Source: Amoebidium appalachense (Eukaryota > Protista > Ichthyosporea). Taken from it: a stretch of DNA of 64,000 nucleotides. Shown one piece after another: positions 27,251 through 64,000 of this stretch (position 1 is its first letter; each line of letters starts with the position of its first letter). The position numbers and the translations under genes are program-made. Under the pieces are notes generated by a model. The model made no database searches, was not told the origin of the DNA, and saw nothing but the letters and a program-made list of their open reading frames with translations. The stretch is taken from positions 18,772,783 through 18,836,782 of the forward strand of contig CAVNZM010000001.1 of the NCBI GenBank assembly GCA_963693365.1, given 5' to 3'.

Positions 27251-28916
27251 GAGTATGGCATGCCCAGCAGCCGCCACGCCACCCGCTCGACTGCCTCCGG
27301 CGTGACTTGCCATTCATGCCGGGGGTCCACCCGCGACAGCAATCTGCTCGGTCGTTGAGCTCACCTGGGATGTAGGCCACCTCCTGCCGGCCAAGGCAAC
27401 TTGTAGTCGAGGCACAACTGCAGAAGCTGCCACAGAATGCGCTGCATCGAGGGGCTGCCGCTGCCCTTTTTCCGTACGGCCCCAAGGGCCGCCTGGGCAT
27501 CGGCTTGCCACTGCACCCGCTGCCCACGGAGGGCTTCCTGCAGGGCAGGGCTCTGATAGGCCTCCAACAGGCCCTCACACTCCGCAATCGCCGCCGCCCG
27601 CGGAGCGTCGTCGGCTGCCCACCTGCCCGCCGCCTCAAGCGCAGCCAGTTGAAGCACGGCCCCCCAGCCGTGTGTGGTGGCGGCATCCGTGATGAGCGTA
27701 GCCGTGACCGGGTTGGGCCATATCTCCGCCCGAGGCAACTTGAACCGGCCAATGAATTGGGGCGTCCGACCGATAATCCGTAACTGACGCCCCGAAAGCC
27801 GAACGAAACTGCGCCAATTTCCCCCGCGTAGGGCGGCATACACTGGCCGCACCAACGTCAGCACGTGGGGAGTGGCAGCCCGCAGACTCATGACCACCCC
27901 CACCCACCGGGCGACTTGCTTCTTTTCCACCCATCGCTTGCCCTTGCGAGCCTTGGCCATCACCCGCTTGGTCTCCTCCACCAGCTTCTCCATAGAGGTG
28001 GCGGTAGGGGCCAACACACCCGCGGCAAGGTCGACATGGATGCCTAGATGGTCGAGATGGTCGGTGGGTTCCCACTGGCCCTTCTCCGTATTTCGGCTCA
28101 GGCCCATTGCCTCGAGCTCCCCCTCAACAACACCGCGAGTTTGCAGCGCCTTTAGCGGCCGTTCGACGACCAACCAGTCGTCCAAGAACGCTAACGTGCG
28201 CACACCGCGCCGGTGAAGACGCCGACCAAACTCCTTCATGAGCCGCGTGAAGTAGTATGGGCTGAGGGAATAGCCGAAAGGCAGCACAGTGTACTGATAC
28301 AGCTGGCCGCCAACCCGAATCTGAAAATATTTACGCCACCGTGGCGCAATTGCCAGCGCAAAGTAGCCGTCCTCCAGGTCGAAACTGAAGCCGTGGTCCC
28401 TGGCTGAGCAATGACCTGCAGGTCACTGAGCGTCTCGTACTTGAGGCCCCGCTGTACGGCATACTCATTCACTGGGCGCATGTCGATTATCAGCCGCACT
28501 TTACCGTTTGGTTTCCGCACCCCAAACGTGGTCGACACGCAATGCTTCCTGGACTCGTCGATGGGTTCAAGTGCGCCCTTACCCACTAAACGCGCAACTT
28601 CCACCAACGCCTCATCCTCCGAAACTTCGCCCAAGTCTAGGTACCTCCCCATGTCGTGGGGAGGTGGCGGCCCAGCGCACCATTCGGGTGTGATGCCATA
28701 CTTAATCCAGAAGAGCACGTCCTTGGCTGCTCCACCGCGCGCCCACTCATCGTGGCACGCACGCACCCGTTGATAGAGCGGTGCAGGTGCTACCCCGCCC
28801 ACTGGCTTACTGGGAGCACACCGGCCGCCCCCGCACAGACCACTGCTGCCGGGGCCCACACTAGGACTAGAGAGCAGCACACGTTGCTGCTGTACATGCT
28901 CACGCGAGCAGCCCAC
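27251..28916 (-). pseudogene. DIRS-type reverse transcriptase-RNase H, frameshifted
   Basis: VLFWIKYG, FGVRKPNGKVRLIIDMRPVN, (frameshift) FDLEDGYF, LPFGYSLSPYYF, AFLDDWLV; RNase H LITDAATTHGWGA ... YIPGELNDRAD-(LSR). At least three frameshifts. Confidence 0.92.
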
Positions 28917-29150
28917 ACGGGCTAACGTTGCCAGACGTGCCTAGGTGCTTATAGCTACACAAACAACCCCAAAACACAACCTCACTTGGGTTTTGCAAAA
29001 ACTCATGAGCGCATCCGGTCTCAATGATCTGCGGTTCCTGGGCCTATTATTATAGCTAAAGTCTAGGGACCTACACCACTGACTATAGCGCTCACTGCGC
29101 TCAAAAGCTTTGGTCTTGGTCACTAGACCGGCCTCACTAACGCGCGCTTC

Positions 29151-29303
29151 TCCTAAGAGAAGCGGCGAGGAAAAGACTGTTTGAGAGAAGCGAAAAACAT
29201 GACTTTTATAGTCGCTTCTACAGGAAGAGATGTGTGATGCCGATCATCACACCATCTTCTTCCGATTGGTGGATAAAATGAGTATTTACCAAATATATCA
29301 TTT
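29151..29303 (-). repeat. Split direct repeat A1 (5' end) of the DIRS/PAT-like element
   Basis: Near-identical to 18640-18792. Confidence 0.95.
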
Positions 29304-29994
29304 GCGGATAGGGGTTTGGGGGAAGGGGAGAGCGGGTCTCACGTGAGATGCCAAGAGTGAGAAAAAAAAAGAGTGTACAGCCAATCGGGTGCCAGTATCA
29401 TTTATTGATAAGGACGCAGTAGATCCGACCCCAAATCACAAAGAAGGCTGAGGGAAAGCTTCCCCCCTGTGTGGGTCGGACAGGTTTGTAGGTTTTTTTT
29501 CTTCTTCTTTTGACTGGATTCGTTCGACGGAAAGATATGCAAGCATACTGAGAAGACAATAAAAACTTCACGAGTTATCCAGTAACAAGTGCATACTAAG
29601 AAACCCGAACACTGTGTGAAAATCATATAAATCAGTGAATACTCAATGTGACGACCAACAGAACTCAACAAAAAGTCTAAAGTGGTCACATTGCCAGCCA
29701 GTGTAGCAGACACCCGTAGGGAAAGAGGTAAAACGCGACATAAAAACTCACAGTCTCACACCTATCAACATGCTTGCGATTAAAAAGTTCAGCACAAAAT
29801 TGGCACCAGCGGCGATGGAAACAAAAATTACAACGCCACTGCACAACTTCCCAGGCAATATTAACATCAGAGCACCATACAAACTTATCTACTAGGGTGG
29901 TATCCATACGAACAGCAGGAGAAATATATCCTGCCAAAGCTCCCAAAAGCGATAATGATCAGTACGGTGTTGCCTAAGGAACATAACACATGCC

Positions 29995-31073
29995 TGTTGG
30001 AGTGCAGACTTACGCTCATTCCACAATACGTGTATGTTAGCTTTACAATTGGTTCCGTGTACACAGACACACGCTGACACTCGATCACCACATGCACATC
30101 TGCATAGTTGAGGAATGTTGCCAATTGTGTTTTGACTGCAAACGATTGGTTCACTGGTCCCAGAGATCTCTAAATGAAAGTAACCAATCCGATTAGCGCC
30201 TGGCATCCGGATTACATTCTAGACTGCTGCCCCACGGGTATATAAGCCACATCTCTGCCAGGTGCAGACATGGAGTTCAGACATGGAGGTAACACACTGA
30301 AAACAGTAAAAAAACGGGTCAGCGCCCAAGCGCGCCACGACGACCCTAGTCACAGCGGACTCTACTTCCAACAGGGTTATGGGCCCAGACACGACACCGC
30401 GGCCTCTAACTTCACGTCCCCTACGACGCCTTGAACGGAGGAGCCAGAAACCGACTTCTAGGCTGTACCCTACACCCGCGAGCGTATTTCCGTGAAGTAG
30501 AGACTTTCGCTTCCACAAACTCCATCCGCAGTGCCAGCAGCCTGCGACATCAACGTCAAGTATTCCACTTCATTGGCGGGGCACGCACCACAGTGGAATG
30601 CACACCCCGGTCTACCCTGCAAGCAGCCACACTCACTCTCTCTTCTCTAGTGGTGTGTACACTTCTCCAATTGGGTAGGGGTGTTGGAGTGCAGACTTAC
30701 GCTCATTCCACAATACGTGTATGTTAGCTTTACAATTGGTTCCGTGTACACAGACACACGCTGACACTCGATCACCACATGCACATCTGCATAGTTGAGG
30801 AATGTTGCCAATTGTGTTTTGACTGCAAACGATTGGTTCACTGGTCCCAGAGATCTCTAAATGAAAGTAACCAATCCGATTAGCGCCTGGCATCCGGATT
30901 ACATTCCAGACTGCTGCCCCACGGGTATATAAGCCACGTCTCTGCCAGGTGCAGACATGGAGTTCAGACATGAAGTTCAGTCATGGAGGTAACACACTGA
31001 AAACAGTAAAAAAACGGGTCAGCGCCCAAGCGCCCCACGACGACCCTAGTCACAGCGGACTCTACTTCCAACA
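29995..31073 (+). mobile_element. TRIM (miniature LTR retrotransposon) of copia type nested in the LINE
   Basis: LTRs 29995-30373 and 30682-31073 (TGTTGGA...TCCAACA; 13-bp indel and a few substitutions). 5-bp TSD ATGCC. PBS ggttatgggcccag directly after the 5' LTR. Purine tract gggtagggg before the 3' LTR. 308-bp non-coding interior. Confidence 0.95.
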
Positions 31074-32381
31074 ATGCCGATGTCTGAGTTTTACCTTTGA
31101 TTTCTCTATCAGAACGAGAAAGAAACTTATACTGCGAATGGTAATAACGCGAAAAGGCAGAAAAAACAGGAAGAGAAAAGAAAGAGGGAGTGAGATAGCG
31201 AGAGGAAGAATCAGGTTGAATGAGGGTAGGCTGAGGACATTCAGAAGTAGCGTTGGCGAATCGGGGGGGAAGAGGGATGGAGGGAGGGGGGGGGAAGAAA
31301 GTATAAAGAGGGTGACCATCAGGTATCCTAACTAAATGAAAACAAAAACGAAGAGACAATTCCTCTATACGACAAACAGCAGACGACAATCCAAACATAC
31401 TGATTAAGGGAGGCGCAAACCGAGTACGAAACAAAGTGCGCAGCGCAGTACCCTGAAAATCGTCGAACTCTTTCAGCGCCACGGCCGCCTCGCGAGGTGG
31501 GGCGCAGGCCAATAGCGGAAGTAATGGATTCATAGAGTAACACTGGCAGACTGTGGGTATAACACGAATAGGCATGACGAAAGCCCCCTTGAAGGGAAGA
31601 AAGACGGAACACGGCGTTTAAAGAATCGTCGGCGTTAAACGCGCGAAGCATGCAACCCTCGAAGAGCCGACGAAAAACGTTGGTAAGTGAGACGGGACGA
31701 AAGTCGTTAATGACCCCCTGCGATACCTTCTTACGAACGGGCGTAACGATTGGGTCAAGCCACGAATTTGGAAGAAACCCGAGTTCGAAAAAAGCCGAAA
31801 AAAACTCACTAAGAAGGACAGCAAAAGGCGGGGGCGGGGGGGACCTGCACGATTACGGGGCCGAAGCACGGGAGAAAGAACCTTGAAAAGCACGGGAGGA
31901 AGACCATCCGGCCCGCATGCTTTGCGAGGTTTTAAAGCCCGTATAGCACCAAAAACAGCCGAAGAGTTGAAATAACTGTGAAAAGTGCCCGGGAACGACC
32001 GGCCCGGCTCCCAACTCGGCGGCTGGGAGAGGCCAGGGGGCGGTGATGGAACCGTGGACACGTTAGGAAGCGAAAATAGGGAAGCATAATAGTCATCGAC
32101 GGATTCAGCGACGGAGATGGAAGGAGACGGGGCATAGACTTGCACGGAAGGCCCAAACCGACCGGCGGATTTCCAGACCGATAATGCTTCCTGTAGAGGC
32201 AACAACTGTCGTAGGGACTGCAAAACGTGAGACTGTCTCAGCCGAACGGAAGGGTACTCAACCGTGCCCACCACCTGCTCGCCAAGGGCAAATAGAAACT
32301 CAACAAACTCATTATAACAAACCTCCAAAATAGCCGGGTTCCGCTGCGCAGAAGGTTGGCGAGGACACGAGGTGTTCTGTC

Positions 32382-32500
32382 GGCGTCCCCCCTGTGGGGA
32401 CTATGAAGCCTGTTATTGTGTTTACGGCGTCTCCCTTGTGGGGACTATGAAGCCTGTCATTGTGTTTACGGCGTCTCCCTTGCGGGCAAAGCCTGTTTCT
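32382..32500. repeat. ~46-bp tandem repeat (about 2.5 copies) near the LINE 5' region
   Basis: tgtggggactatgaagcctgt(t/c)attgtgtttacggcgtctccct repeated. Confidence 0.8.
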
Positions 32501-33028
32501 GTGTCTACGGTGACTTCTCGGTGGGCTGCCTAGGCCTTTTTGCTTCGTCTGCATCGTTCCAAAAAAGGTAGGAGGCTCAGGGAAATTTTTTCGCGGGTAC
32601 ACTCATCTTCGCGTTGTGAGTCTTCGGAGTTGATGCACGAAGTCTTGAGTGCTTGCTACCGAAAATATCCCACACTGTTGTTACATCGAGTCAGGTTTCA
32701 CAGTGGCTAGAATTGTTGAATTCAACCTCGACGAAAATGACCCGTCAACACGCCGAGCAAGGGATCAGCACCTCGCATTGCGAGTGGTGAGTTTGCCTGC
32801 TTCAACCTCCTGTTGTGATGCGGCCCCCAATCTAGTCTCTACAATCGACGTGTATTGAAAATGTGTGTGTTTCAATAGTGCCTACAGGGATGGGTGTAAT
32901 GGATGCAAGTGTGCCCACCTCTTCTCTTTGAGTTCTTCTCATCAGCCTCTACCCCGTCTACCAGCCGGTATGGCATTGTGTGGTGAGCCGCTCAGACTGA
33001 TCAACATCACAGGCAGGCAAAGTTTTTT

Positions 33029-33081
<53 letters not shown>

Positions 33082-33107
33082 GTGTCACTGTGGTGTGTGT
33101 GTGTGTG

Positions 33108-33152
<45 letters not shown>

Positions 33153-33268
33153 GAATGGCAAAGGCAAGAGGAAGACTTCTGTGGGGAGAAAGGGGGGGAG
33201 GAGGGGTAGGTAAACAAGTAATATACCCACCTTGGTAGCAACAAGGAGGTGGGGTGGGTGCAGGAGAA

Positions 33269-33327
<59 letters not shown>

Positions 33328-33651
33328 GGGGGGGGGGAGGGGGGGGGGGGGGTTAGCCCGGGTGCAGCAGGGTTTGTTGTCTGGATCGATGGTTGAGGTC
33401 TTGTGCCGCGTGTGTGGTATAAAAGCGGTGATTTAATAATGGGTATGTTGGTGATGGTAATTGCAGAGGTGGCCCACACAGTGGTGGTGGTCGTGTGTAT
33501 GTGTGTGTGCGTGCGTGCAGAAAACGTGTGTGTGTGTGTGTGTGCTCGCGGTTTGTTTGTGTGGCTATGCATGTGTGCCCCATGTGTGTGGATATGTGTG
33601 TGGGTGTGGGTGGGTGGGTGGGTGGGTGTGCGTGCATGCGCGCCTGTGCAT

Positions 33652-33693
<42 letters not shown>

Positions 33694-34072
33694 CGCCAAG
33701 GCGTGCGAGTGTGTGTGAATTGTGTGTTGGAGCGGATGTTTAAAAAACGAAATACACAATGCACTATTGCACCGCACACCATCAAACCAGTTGATCATTC
33801 AGATTTTATTTTTCGTAACTACAATCATCTTACCTGTCGAACATATCACGTTTACATATTCAAAACTAAAACGTGATGTGTTGAGTTAATGGGTTAAGTA
33901 CAATATTTAGCTTTCAGGTTGTTCATACATTCCAGGGGTCTAACAAGCTAAAAAGTGTTTCTTTCTGCAAATAATCAGAAACACACCAATTCATTGAGAT
34001 AAGTTCACGGAGGCCATCTCTCATAAGCATTTTGTGACTTCGTGCCAAATCCCCCCCCCTCCCCCGCTCCCC

Positions 34073-34149
<77 letters not shown>

Positions 34150-34271
34150 CCTCGCCCAACCCATGCCATGCACCCATCAACCTAACTGCCCCCGTCCCCC
34201 CCCCCCCCCCCCCCCCCCCCCCAACATATACACACACACACACATACCAATAATTTATGAATTTAGAAAAG

Positions 34272-44359
<10,088 letters not shown>

Positions 44360-44728
44360 CGTTCAAGCAAATGCTACTACGGGTTACTAAGGGGTTAATC
44401 GTGTCAGCTAACTGGATGCTACAATATGTTTGACAACAAAGCTTTTTCCAATCTATTAAGAGCGCATAACACAGTGACGAGCATGGAAAACATCTAAAAG
44501 AACAATTCCTTTCTCCAACTTTCCTCCATTAATATTAGCTTTTACACACACGGTCTGACTTCGCTGACAAACATGTGCACAGTGCGGCAGCGAAGAGTCA
44601 CATAAAAAATTTCGAACATGGCGCTATCGAGCCAATCAAAACGTTGGTCTGTTTTGATTGGCTTATGCTTAGAGAGCTATGTCCAATCAGAGGGGTCGTG
44701 TCTTGAGGGAGGCAAAGAAGGGCAAATT

Positions 44729-46065
44729 GGGTCGCTTTGCATAAAAGTTTAGAAATCCTAGATTACGTTACGACCGATCTCGCCACGTTTCGAGCTTGCG
44801 GCGCTTGGCCACACGCATAGATCTATGATGACGATGCATGACTTTGTAAGATCTTGATGACAGCCGCCAAACCCAGACACCAAAGGGTGGTATTGCACAG
44901 AGCCGTGACATCATCTAGGAATCCTAGATTTCGTCATGGCCGATCTAGCAAACGTTACATATATCTGACTGAGGATCCTAGATTCTCGTGGGGTTTACGC
45001 TGTTTACTTGAGGCAAAGATTCTCGTTTCGTATTGCATAAAGCAAAGGCAGCCCAGGAGTGAACCTAGTGAGTCACATATAGTATAAACGATTGTTGGAT
45101 GAAATGTCAGAGTCGGCCAGCAAGGGAATTAATGCAGTAGAGCTTTTTTCTGTTAATATTTCTATATGGAACCCACTATGCTTTCTTTTTAACAGTTTTT
45201 TTATGGGCATCTGAAGACGTGCAGCTCGCGCATCGTGTATACCGTAGGCGAGTACTACATGATTGAAAACCATCGGCGGCAGTGGGTATCTGCTCAACCT
45301 GATTTAAACCCAATCGCAGCGGCTTCGGCGCATACCGAAGATCTAAACCGTTCTCAAACCAGTCTGGGTAGGGGGGGGGGGGGGGGGGGGGGGGGGAGAG
45401 GGGGAACCGGCAGACTCTAGGAAATTCCTAGATTGCATCACGGATCTTGTGAATCACGCATGGTCATCCAGTATCTGTGCATTCGACCAAGCGCAGGATT
45501 GCCGGAAATTTTTTTTTATTTTTTTTTTTATTCCCCTTTTGACCGGAAAAATGCAAGATTGGCCATGACGAAATCTAGGATCCATAGATGACGTCACGGC
45601 TTTATGCAATACCACCCAAAATCTGGGAGACGTCACCCCACCCCCATCTCCCCGACTGAACCAGATCTTTGGAATGTGCTAAAGCCGATGCGATTGGTTT
45701 TAAATCAGGTCAAGCGCATAGCCGTACTTAACCGATTGGTTTTCAATCAGGTTTGCTAGGTAACCGCGGTAATGGCTCTGTCTCTCTTTCGGTAAACGGT
45801 TCTGTATAGGAATATGCAACATTGAAACGCACAAAAAAAGAGCTGTAAATTATTTCGTGTGCGATGTGCTCTAATAAGTCAGATAGGTTTGGCTTTTTCT
45901 TTACAAAATATTCAAAGACCTCTCAGCTCATATCCACCAGTTCATGCTCAGTATGCAAACCGAAGACAACAATTTAGGTTAGGTTTTCTATTCAGATTCC
46001 CACTCACGTTGCGATATCAGCTGTGAAGTAATCTAGGATTTCTAAATGTTTATGCAAAGCGACCC
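44729..46065. mobile_element. 1.34-kb non-autonomous TIR element between DHDDS and PIG-C
   Basis: ~38-bp TIR gggtcgctttgcataaa..ttagaaatcctagattac at 44729-44766, inverted at 46028-46065. Recurrent internal aatcctagatt motif. TSD ambiguous (flanks aatt / aata). Confidence 0.8.
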
Positions 46066-46842
46066 AATATCACGTTGAAACCAGACGCTGTCACCCATGT
46101 TGCAAGTGCATGCATATGCATGCTATGGCGGAAAAGCGAGTGCGAGTGGATTCACCTGTAAAATGTAGCAGGCGTGAGACACTTTCGTCTTGTGAGAACA
46201 TCGTGTATGTGGCACAGAAGAGATCACTTGAGGGTGTGCATTCACATCCACAGCAATGTGACCAAGGCCATGGGGGACCACCGTGAGAACTTCCCAAAAT
46301 AAAAGTATATCACCGTTGCCTGATCACGATGCACTATCCGCGCAGGCACGGGCGCCAATGGAGGTTGCCTATGATACTTGAGGCACAGTCTATCCAAACT
46401 TCATTCATTTGGTGTGGGTTGCCAGCCAGGCTTGGATTGTAATCAACGATCTCGATGTGACTGGAAAACTGGCCAAACGCACCCATGTAATTAATAATGC
46501 ATGAATGGGGTTGGGTGCCTCCTAAAGCTTATAGCAATTAATACAGAGGTGCGGCAACCATGTTATGAAAGAAGATCCATACTCGAATTATTCATCATTC
46601 ATCACATTCATACCAACGCATCATTCCTGTACGTTGAGCTAGTGCATGTGAACCAGTGGGATAGCAGAGGGAAAGGGGTGGCTAGAAAACACAGGCGGCA
46701 CCAACCAAATACTTACCATCTCCACTGATTTACTAAACCCCCCCCTCTCTCCCCCTCTCCCCCCCCCCCCCTCTCTCTCCCCCCTCCCTCCCTCCCTCCC
46801 TGAAGCTCCCTCCCTCCCTCAAAAAAAAAAAAAAAAAAAAAA

Positions 46843-53560
<6,718 letters not shown>

Positions 53561-54498
53561 AGATGATGCTATGTGATTTGTGCGCAGACCGTAGGAAGCG
53601 CAGGTACTCTGTAAGGTCTATTTCCACGAAGCTGGATGCGTGAATCATACCTCGACATCTGTGTTCTTAACTGTGTGAAAAAAAAAGCTCCCCTTTGAGA
53701 TCAGCTGCTCGAGAATACGACAGAAGCATAGAGGGTTTGTGGTATTCTTCGATGGATATCGGTGCTTCTAGATTTGGACCCAAAAAAAAAAAAAACAGCA
53801 AAAGTTGTGAGGGTTTGGCGGTACTCTTCGGTGAAGTTTATGTCACTGTGCAGTGAGTGAACCGTGTTTTCAAGCAGAGCCTCACGCACGGGTGATGTGA
53901 CCATCAAGAGCGACGACTGAAGATGGACAGATGACTCGTGACATGCTAGCAAACAATGTGTTCTTCACTAAGAGGGGGGGGACGGAGGGCGCACAATTGC
54001 AGCCACCGCCAAAGAGAGGGCGGGCCACTGTTGGCGCCCTGCCTCCTTCACAAATTCCTCATGCAAAAGGCATGAGCCCGGGCGTTACTCCGGGCCGTTA
54101 TTTTCCTTACTCATTAAGTTTAAGGCCAAACTGGGCACTGGCTTTTCCGCCCGGAATATGGTAAATCAGTGAGTTGGTTTGATTGTGGGACTCTTTTGGT
54201 GTTTTGGCGCAAAAATTAGAGAAGTTCGGTTGCAGGGGCAACACAGCCCGCGCAGGACAAAAGGCCCAGTGACATGGCCGGTGTGGATGTTGTAAGGGTG
54301 TTTTCCCTTCTGTTTTTTTATTGAGTTCATCTTGTGCTTTTCTTGCGCTTTCCAATCGCAATATGTACATAGACGGTCGGGCCTGGCTTCTATAGTGTTT
54401 CTGGCTCAGGTAGTGTGTGTTTGAATGCACACCGTGATGACACAACTTTAGAGGTAGCTCCACTTTTTCAGTGGAACACTGGCGGTTGAGAAAGCAAC
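53561..54498. promoter_or_regulatory. Probable bidirectional promoter/5'UTR region between divergent PIG-C and TPR genes
   Basis: Head-to-head start codons ~940 bp apart; interval largely free of simple repeats. No specific element demonstrated. Confidence 0.45.

Positions 54499-64000
<9,502 letters not shown>

Larger units (their letters stand above)
18305..29303 (-). mobile_element. Tyrosine-recombinase-class retrotransposon (DIRS/PAT-like) with split direct repeats; ~3.0 kb once the 8-kb insertion is removed
   Basis: A repeats 29151-29303 and 18640-18792 (153 bp, one mismatch seen). B repeats ttagacaccaaactgct at 18792-18808 and 18305-18321. Order on the minus strand is A1-pol-B1-A2-unique-B2. 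No TSD; the ends overlap in a T-run. Confidence 0.9.
29493..32640 (-). mobile_element. Degenerate, internally deleted non-LTR (LINE) retrotransposon
   Basis: RT N-terminal motifs YYASLF, RALKPRKACGPDGLP, DFRPVSLTNVFRRLFE and LQGGFR jump directly to the thumb region (PVLLYE). C-terminal CQFC-x7-H-x3-C knuckle near 29760-29810. A-rich tail at ~29493-29510. The 5' boundary is uncertain. Confidence 0.85.

Overview
Eukaryotic genomic DNA with long GT-AG introns swollen by (CA)n/(TG)n, (GA)n and poly-G/poly-C tracts; most ORFs in the supplied track are translations of these repeats. The lineage cannot be fixed from sequence, but a unicellular opisthokont (ichthyosporean-like) is my guess. Five spliced host genes can be reconstructed by hand: a partial mitochondrial-targeted, plant-type AAA ATPase-like gene (-), a 9-exon SLC12 cation-chloride cotransporter (+), a cis-prenyltransferase DHDDS/RER2 (-), PIG-C/GPI2 (-) and a partial TPR protein resembling FANCG (+). 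A ~14-kb nested transposon island (18.3-32.6 kb) holds a split-direct-repeat DIRS/PAT-type retroelement encoding only RT-RNaseH-methyltransferase, interrupted by an 8-kb EnSpm/CMC-like TIR element, next to a deleted LINE interrupted by a copia-type TRIM. The most unusual signal is a family of non-coding elements inserted into intronic poly-G/C tracts. They have one fixed end and partial tandem duplication (Penelope/Chlamys- or retrozyme-like). Two divergent subfamilies share a ~160-nt covarying multi-helix motif that I cannot match to a known ribozyme.
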